Below, one piece after another: positions 58,158 through 64,000 of a stretch of 64,000 nucleotides of DNA. Below the pieces are notes generated by a model that did not search any database, was not told the DNA's origin, and saw only the letters and a program-made list of their open reading frames with translations. Both the position numbers and the translations under genes were made by a program. Within the stretch, counting starts at the first letter, position 1. Each line of letters starts with the position of its first letter. This DNA comes from Bdellovibrionales bacterium (GTDB lineage: Bacteria > Bdellovibrionota > Bdellovibrionia > Bdellovibrionales > UBA1609), in contig OZ241329.1 of NCBI GenBank assembly GCA_965199825.1, positions 1,568,001 to 1,632,000 of the forward strand, given 5' to 3'.

Positions 58158-58813
58158 TTTGATCTTTCTTTAATAAGTGTTGCCGAACATTGACCTTTGA
58201 TTTTGGGATCAATATGCAAATTTTGTTTAATTGCTCTAGGCACCACATCAATCATTTGTGTTGACCAAGAAAGGGCCAGACTTTGCTGCTCTTTAAAATT
58301 ATTGACCGGTCTGTAGCGAGGCGACCTCGAGTTTTCTGGATAAGGCTCGACTGCAAGACCAAGTGAAGTCATTTTTTGTGAGTTCACCGAACTGTGTAGA
58401 AATTCAGCCGAGGTTCGAATGCTCATCATCGATTGGGCCGAGAGCAAACGGGCCTGCATGAGAATTGCTTTTTGGGCGTAGTGAAAGGCATCTTGCTGCG
58501 AGTGAACAAGGTCCAATGCTTTCGAAGCAAATTCTATGGCTTCTATATTCAAACTGATTTTTGCAATTTTAAGCGCGAACTTTGCCATCGTCTCCGCTTT
58601 TTGAAGAGCGTAGGCTGCAGTATTCATCGCCAAAAGGTTTTCTAGTTTTTGCCCAAGATCTTGTTGGGTCTTGGCGAGTTTTCGGCGGCAAACATGATGA
58701 GTCGAAACCTGAATATGCAAACAATGAAACAGTTGAAACGAAAAAAAACCTAGTGTGAGCAACACCGGTAAGCACGCCAAAAATAAAACAATGCCCTGAC
58801 CTTTATTGTTCAT
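58115..58813 (-). CDS. TadG-like pseudopilin
   Basis: NKGQGIVLFLACLPVLL prepilin-type N-terminus. Confidence 0.65.
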   Translation of the reverse strand: MNNKGQGIVLFLACLPVLLTLGFFSFQLFHCLHIQVSTHHVCRRKLAKTQQDLGQKLENLLAMNTAAYALQKAETMAKFALKIAKISLNIEAIEFASKALDLVHSQQDAFHYAQKAILMQARLLSAQSMMSIRTSAEFLHSSVNSQKMTSLGLAVEPYPENSRSPRYRPVNNFKEQQSLALSWSTQMIDVVPRAIKQNLHIDPKIKGQCSATLIKERSKWNPQLNRVNPLWR

Positions 58814-59151
58814 TGTCGGTCGTCCATCACATGGCGCATGCTCAAAGTCTGTTTCAATCCTTCGCGTCGCGTGGACTTCAAATAGGGTCGATAGCTGACG
58901 TAGGCCTTTTTGTTTTTGCCCAAATTCGACAACCGAATGTAGGGGTCTCCGGCCACTTGAAGTGCCGAGGTCAAACGATGTTGAGCTTCACTCTGACAAT
59001 GCTCAACCTTATTTGTCTCGAGCAAACAAACCAAGGCCTCTTGCCCAACATAGCGCGAGTACTCGCGAGCAAGCCCGTAGTAGCTCACACTGCAAAGACC
59101 TACGAAAAGTAAAAAGGTGGTGAGTGTTGCAGTTATCGATTCGATCAGCAT
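58810..59151 (-). CDS. TadE/F-like pseudopilin
   Basis: LIES followed by a hydrophobic helix, paired Cys; directly after flp. Confidence 0.55.
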   Translation of the reverse strand: MLIESITATLTTFLLFVGLCSVSYYGLAREYSRYVGQEALVCLLETNKVEHCQSEAQHRLTSALQVAGDPYIRLSNLGKNKKAYVSYRPYLKSTRREGLKQTLSMRHVMDDRQ

Positions 59152-59152
59152 C

Positions 59153-59377
59153 TTATCTGTCGTTCATGAAAGTGCTAAAACTGCGGCGCTCAACATCTCG
59201 ATCTTCGAGTCGTTGATGCTGAACAACCTGGTCGCGGCCTTGAAGTTTTTGAATCACATTGCCAAACTGAACTCGTACAGTTTTGTTCAGCAGGTTCATA
59301 ATGCCGATGGTTGCAACCGCCATGAGCGCAACGATGATGAGATATTCGATAAGACCTTGGCCTCTTTGGTTCAACAT
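59153..59377 (-). CDS. flp: Flp family type IVb/c pilin
   Basis: RGQGLIEYLIIVALMAV Flp motif; GGAGG RBS. Confidence 0.92.
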   Translation of the reverse strand: MLNQRGQGLIEYLIIVALMAVATIGIMNLLNKTVRVQFGNVIQKLQGRDQVVQHQRLEDRDVERRSFSTFMNDR

Positions 59378-59477
59378 GAAATCCTCCAATTGTTGAAATT
59401 GGAGGTTGCAAGTTGGGAATCAAATCGAAGTCTTATTCAATTATATTAGAGGCAAAAATATTCGCTATCCGGCGGAC

Positions 59478-59732
59478 TTATTTCTTTGTGGGTGGGGCGG
59501 CCACTATTTTTTTGGGAGCTTTGACCTTTTGGGGGCGCAAAGATTTACGGCGCTGAACGATTTGATCGAGAATTTCAAAAGCCTCACGCTGCAGATCATT
59601 TTCAAAAATAAAGCGGTAGAAACCCTCGATCTCGGGACTTTGACGAAACTTTTTTGTCGAAGTGGGCAATGTGTCGGATTGAACAAAGTCGATGGACGAT
59701 CCGTCTTCAGAGAGTTTTACTTTTTCGGGCAT
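59478..59732 (-). CDS. Small hypothetical protein with a basic C-terminal tail
   Basis: AAGGAG RBS before ATG 59732; FRQSPEIEGFYRFIFENDLQREA. Confidence 0.75.
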   Translation of the reverse strand: MPEKVKLSEDGSSIDFVQSDTLPTSTKKFRQSPEIEGFYRFIFENDLQREAFEILDQIVQRRKSLRPQKVKAPKKIVAAPPTKK

Positions 59733-59805
59733 GGCTTTTGGGTTCTCCTTGTGCCGAAAATAGGAGATTTTGCAGGATGGGTCAAGTTCTGCTAGTTTCA
59801 CACCC

Positions 59806-60657
59806 ATGCAAGTGATCGACGGCAAACATGTGGCCAAGCTTAGGCGTTTAGAGCTTAAAGGTAAAATTACTGAATTTTCCTATAAAAACGGCAGACCCCC
59901 GGGCCTTGCGGTGATTTTGGTTGGCAATAACCCAGCAAGCCAGGTTTACGTGGGCGCCAAAATTAAGGCCTGTCAGGAAGTGGGCATCAACAGTTTTGAG
60001 CATCGACTTGCAGCCGATATTTCGCAAAATGAGCTCAACGTCGAAATCGAAAAACTCAACCATCAATCCGATGTGGACGGCATATTGTTGCAGCTTCCTT
60101 TGCCCGCACATTTATCCTCAGAAATAAGCCTTGAGAAATTGGATCCAAATAAAGATGTCGATGCTCTAACCGTCACAAGTCAGGGGCTTTTATTTTCTGG
60201 TCACCCTCGCGCAAAGCCGTGCACACCTCAAGGCGTGATTTCTCTTTTAAGGCATTATAAAATTCCGCTTGTTGGCATCAACGCGGTGGTAGTTGGGCGA
60301 TCGAATATTGTGGGTAAGCCTATGGCCCATTTGCTCTTGCAAGAGAATGCGACGGTCACCATTTGTCATTCAAAAACAAAAAATTTAAGGGCCTTTACCA
60401 AAAATGCGGATCTTGTGGTGGTTGCGCTTGGAAAGCCCGGGTTTTTAGGCGGCGAAGATTTTAAATCGGATGCGGTAGTGATTGATGTTGGAATTCATCG
60501 GATGGAACAGGGCACGCGCGTAAAGTTGCTGGGTGATGTTCGATTTGATGAACTCTCGGTGAAGGCGGCCACGCCTGTTCCCGGCGGGGTTGGCCCGATG
60601 ACTATAGTCACATTGCTCGAGAATACGTTAGAACTTGCTCTTTTAAGATTGAAGTGA
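59806..60657 (+). CDS. folD: Bifunctional methylenetetrahydrofolate dehydrogenase/cyclohydrolase
   Basis: IDGK, LVGNNPASQVYV, GILLQLPLP, KDVD, PCTP, VGRSNIVGKP, TPVPGGVGPMT. Confidence 0.99.
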   Translation: MQVIDGKHVAKLRRLELKGKITEFSYKNGRPPGLAVILVGNNPASQVYVGAKIKACQEVGINSFEHRLAADISQNELNVEIEKLNHQSDVDGILLQLPLPAHLSSEISLEKLDPNKDVDALTVTSQGLLFSGHPRAKPCTPQGVISLLRHYKIPLVGINAVVVGRSNIVGKPMAHLLLQENATVTICHSKTKNLRAFTKNADLVVVALGKPGFLGGEDFKSDAVVIDVGIHRMEQGTRVKLLGDVRFDELSVKAATPVPGGVGPMTIVTLLENTLELALLRLK

Positions 60658-62436
60658 AGTCCAAAGTACACTGCATTTACTATCTTGAATTCTCTTTTTA
60701 GGAACAAGAACATTTTTTGGAACTTCTCTTGATCCTGCAGTGGGAATATCAAGACCATATTGCTTTGGATTGCGATTTAAAAAGTAATACGCCAAAAATT
60801 TATTCACGTAATTGATATCTTCTTTACTGAGTTTGCCCGTTGCCACTGTGCTTGCATAAGTCACATTGTATTCGCCATTTAAAAGCAATTCGCGAAATTT
60901 TTCATAAGCCAAACGTGCTGGTTTTTTTACCCGATGAATTTCAGTCAGCGTATCGCTCACACCCTTTAGGCCTAAACGATGGGCCAATATTGCAAAGGTG
61001 GTGTCGATCGCCACAAGTTTATCAATTGCAACTGAGGTGGACACCGCATCAGCACAAGATGATGGAAATAAATAATAACGTTCATCGTCTAAGGCGGGTG
61101 CTTGCCCTTTTAAGTTTTGATAAACGAAGAGGCCATTTTGACGACCAGTATCCCAATGAAACTGAAAAGGTCCAACTGCAGTTTCTTTTGCTGGAATTGG
61201 ATCTGATTTCCAAAGTGTTTGGCGCTTTAGCATTTGTGATTCGGTCAGAGTTTTTAAAAACGAAGCGGCTGGAACATCATAAGACGAATACAACTGCGAG
61301 AGCTGCACGCGAAGGCTCATACTGTCTTGCATAAAGTCAGAGAAAATTGGCTTAACATCATTAATCACCGACTGCAGGCCCGGATTGTCTTTATTTTGAT
61401 CCCAATCCGCCAAAACTTTTTTGGTGCGAGCATGTTGATCTTCATTAAATAAATAAGCTTCGCTCTGGATGGGTGGCTGTGGTGGAATTGGTATTGGCTT
61501 CTCGACCACTTTTTCTTCTTTAGGTGCACGCACCTCAAGGATCGGATGGACCACATGCTCACCATCACTCATGGTAAGTAAAAATGAGGTTTCATCGCGC
61601 TCGCCGGTATTTCCTAATAGCGAAGCATCTGTCAGCTGCGGAGCATCGGTGGTGGTGCTTGTAACAGCTGTGGGATAAGCCATACCGTATCCGGATTGTT
61701 TAGCGGCGCCGGTTAAGCGCATCACGTCTTGTTTGTCATCATGAAGATCGATTTGATAAAAAGAGCGACCACCTGGCATCGTAAAATCCATCACACGGGC
61801 ATTGGTCAATTCTTTGGTTCGCTGCATCTGGCTTTGGATCCGCGTTGTTGAATCACGACCTTGAGAAATCAGATTTGTAACCGCCTCGTAGCTTCGAGAC
61901 AGCATTTCGGCGCGGTCTTTAAGAATTTTTTGGGGTATCAAATCTGAGTAAGAATTTAAAAGATAGTAGCCCTCAATGCTCGATTTTTTTCGCTCGATGG
62001 TGCCAGAGATATCATAACCGCCGCGATCTAAAATTGTGGTCGATTTTACGTCTTTAAAACTGATTTTTTGTTGGTCGGCTTTGATCTCAGGAATTGTAAA
62101 GTGTAATTTTAAAAGACTGCCCGAAGGTTCGAGCAAATGAATTTGTAAATCATTTTTGGTTATCTCAACATGACGGATCAAAGATTGAAGGCTCTTGGCT
62201 TGGATGGGCTCTTTGTAAGTCACAAGGCGTTGATCGTTACCGCCCGTAAATGGAACGCCATCTTCTTCATCCACACCACCCGAAAGGGCTGCACTAACGT
62301 TAAGACGGTCCTGCCCGTTAATGCCTAGATTGCCATCGGCGCATCCGAGGAGCGCCAAAAACGGCAGCGAGAGACAAATTGCGCGGCCAAGAATAAATTT
62401 AATTTGATCTGATCCCACAATTAACAATGGCTTCAA
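60643..62436 (-). CDS. Lipoprotein with a C-terminal MltD-like lytic transglycosylase domain
   Basis: Lipobox LLGC; LTES, AVGPFQF, DER, AILAHRLG (in place of AYNxG), YVNKFLA. Confidence 0.7.
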   Translation of the reverse strand: MKPLLIVGSDQIKFILGRAICLSLPFLALLGCADGNLGINGQDRLNVSAALSGGVDEEDGVPFTGGNDQRLVTYKEPIQAKSLQSLIRHVEITKNDLQIHLLEPSGSLLKLHFTIPEIKADQQKISFKDVKSTTILDRGGYDISGTIERKKSSIEGYYLLNSYSDLIPQKILKDRAEMLSRSYEAVTNLISQGRDSTTRIQSQMQRTKELTNARVMDFTMPGGRSFYQIDLHDDKQDVMRLTGAAKQSGYGMAYPTAVTSTTTDAPQLTDASLLGNTGERDETSFLLTMSDGEHVVHPILEVRAPKEEKVVEKPIPIPPQPPIQSEAYLFNEDQHARTKKVLADWDQNKDNPGLQSVINDVKPIFSDFMQDSMSLRVQLSQLYSSYDVPAASFLKTLTESQMLKRQTLWKSDPIPAKETAVGPFQFHWDTGRQNGLFVYQNLKGQAPALDDERYYLFPSSCADAVSTSVAIDKLVAIDTTFAILAHRLGLKGVSDTLTEIHRVKKPARLAYEKFRELLLNGEYNVTYASTVATGKLSKEDINYVNKFLAYYFLNRNPKQYGLDIPTAGSREVPKNVLVPKKRIQDSKCSVLWTSLQS

Positions 62437-62496
62437 GAATCAAACCACCACTCAAACGGGGTTGACTCCGTTTAAACCCAATATGACATTGCCTTC

Positions 62497-63588
62497 ATGG
62501 CTAAAAAAACTGTTTTATTCGATGAGCATCAACATGCGAGCGCAAAAATTGTCGAGTTTGCGGGTTGGCTAATGCCTGTGGAATATGAGGGGCTTCGGCA
62601 CGAGCACAATTGGGTGCGCTCCGAGGTCGGAATTTTTGATGTTTCACATATGGGTGAAATTCGGGTGCAAGGACCAGACGCTTTGCAAACCCTGGAATGG
62701 ATCACAACAAATTCGGTGGCAAAATTAAAATCAGGCCAAGCTCAGTACTCACTTTTTCCAAATGGCAAAGGTGGGGTGGTGGATGATCTGATCGTTTACT
62801 GCTTAAAGCCAGGCGAGGATTATTTATTGTGCGTGAATGCCTCGAATATCCAAAAAGATTTTGATTTTATGATTGAGAATAATCGTGGGGCCTCGATCAC
62901 CAACGAGAGTGAACATTGGGCCCAAATTGCGGTGCAAGGTCCAAAGGCAGTGGCACTTGTGTCGCATGTTTTTGATTTTGATGCGGCTCTGATTTCGAAA
63001 TTTCATTTTGCACCTCGCGCCTTTGAGGGGGTGTCGTGTTTGCTTGCTCGCACTGGGTACACTGGTGAAGATGGCTTTGAGATCTTTGTTCCTACGGGCG
63101 AAGCGGTCAGTCTGTGGCGGAGGTTTCAACAAGGTGGAGCAAAGCCCATTGGCCTTGGCGCTCGCGATACTCTAAGAACCGAAATGAAATACAGCCTTTA
63201 TGGGCACGAAATCGATGATGATACCAATCCCTATGAGGCCGGATTGGGTTGGGTGATCAAACCTCGCCAAAAAGATTTTTTGGGTCGCTCAGACCTCGAA
63301 GCCGCAGCCCGAACCAAAAAGCTTGTTGGGTTTAAAATGAAAGACCGAGCCATTGCCCGCCATGGCTATTCAGTGTGGTCGACCACTGGAGAACCGATTG
63401 GTCGGGTGACGAGCGGGACCCCTTCGCCCACCCTTCAGGAAAATATTGGTATTGGTTATGTGGATATGGCATTTTGCGAGGTTGGTACTGAGATTTGTGT
63501 TGATATTCGTGGTCGACGTTTGCGCGCAGAGATAGTATCTACACCTTTTGTGAAACAGACGTCGCTTCAGTCAAAGGAGAGCAGTTGA
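62497..63588 (+). CDS. gcvT: Glycine cleavage system aminomethyltransferase T
   Basis: FAGWLMPVEY, FDVSHMGE, RTGYTGEDGFE, GLGARDTLRTE. Confidence 0.99.
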   Translation: MAKKTVLFDEHQHASAKIVEFAGWLMPVEYEGLRHEHNWVRSEVGIFDVSHMGEIRVQGPDALQTLEWITTNSVAKLKSGQAQYSLFPNGKGGVVDDLIVYCLKPGEDYLLCVNASNIQKDFDFMIENNRGASITNESEHWAQIAVQGPKAVALVSHVFDFDAALISKFHFAPRAFEGVSCLLARTGYTGEDGFEIFVPTGEAVSLWRRFQQGGAKPIGLGARDTLRTEMKYSLYGHEIDDDTNPYEAGLGWVIKPRQKDFLGRSDLEAAARTKKLVGFKMKDRAIARHGYSVWSTTGEPIGRVTSGTPSPTLQENIGIGYVDMAFCEVGTEICVDIRGRRLRAEIVSTPFVKQTSLQSKESS

Positions 63589-63977
63589 GCAACTTTCATA
63601 TTCCCGAAGAAAATTATTATTCAAAAGATCACGAGTGGGCTCAGGTCGACGAAAATGTTGTCACCGTGGGAATCACCGAATTTGCCCAAGACCAATTGGG
63701 CGAAATTGTTTATGTTGAACTTCCAGAAGAAGGCCAAAAGGTCACACAAAACGAAACCTTTGGTGTGGTCGAAAGTGTCAAAGCGGTCAGTGATCTCTTT
63801 GCACCCGTTTCTGGAACAGTGATTGAAATCAATCAATCTGTTGCCGATGACCCAGGTCAGTTGAATGACGACCCAATGAATGTGGGGTGGTTGATCCGAA
63901 TCGAAATGGATACCGAAAAAGAGCTTGCGAATTTGATGCGTGCTCCTGATTATCGAAAGTTGATTGTTAAAAAATAA
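63585..63977 (+). CDS. gcvH: Glycine cleavage system H protein
   Basis: HEW, GITEFAQDQLG, VESVKAVSD lipoyl motif. Confidence 0.99.
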   Translation: MSNFHIPEENYYSKDHEWAQVDENVVTVGITEFAQDQLGEIVYVELPEEGQKVTQNETFGVVESVKAVSDLFAPVSGTVIEINQSVADDPGQLNDDPMNVGWLIRIEMDTEKELANLMRAPDYRKLIVKK

Positions 63978-63982
63978 GTAAT

Positions 63983-64000
63983 GCCCGAGTGGTGGAATGG
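63983..64000 (+). tRNA. 5' end of a tRNA, probably tRNA-Leu (cut off by the window)
   Basis: GCCCGAGTGGTGGAATGG matches the acceptor stem and D-arm start typical of tRNA-Leu; anticodon not visible. Confidence 0.7.

Noticed and set aside
62483..62493. ATGACATTGCC, reverse complement of part of the RAYT-array motif, upstream of gcvT
   Set aside because: It is a single 11-nt match overlapping the predicted gcvT -10 region and is plausibly chance.
62437..62496. Glycine riboswitch before gcvT
   Set aside because: The gap is only about 60 nt and is filled by a promoter directly abutting the ATG; no aptamer motifs were seen.

Overview
Chromosomal window from a Bdellovibrionota-like bacterium (inferred from gene content and order). 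It holds two flagellar clusters (flgM-flgN-flgK-flgL-csrA-fliW and fliLMNOPQR-flhBAFG-fliA), housekeeping genes (prmA, rsmE, heptose-1-P adenylyltransferase, ileS-lspA-lgt, PBP1B, pcrA/uvrD, suhB, rpoH-like sigma, aspS, folD, gcvT-gcvH, 5' end of a tRNA-Leu), an interrupted Flp/Tad pilus locus and many secreted hypothetical proteins. The most unusual signal is a set of three non-coding loci (about 7.7-8.5 kb, 30.0-32.1 kb and 50.3-51.0 kb). Each has a G/T-skewed tract followed on the same strand by repeats with a GGGCA core, and each carries the same imperfect palindrome, AAACTCCGnnGGTGTT(CAG). The middle locus encodes a stand-alone HUH/Y1 (RAYT-like) nuclease with a near-consensus leaderless promoter, so the three loci may be one RAYT-driven repeat system. 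Other observations: diverged remnants of gene 3' ends near both tandem arrays, CsrA-type GGA hairpins on flagellar leaders, repeated leaderless promoter geometry, a GroES with a Lys/Ala-rich extension and a candidate ADP-ribosyltransferase-fold lipoprotein. All calls were made by eye; no database searches were run.
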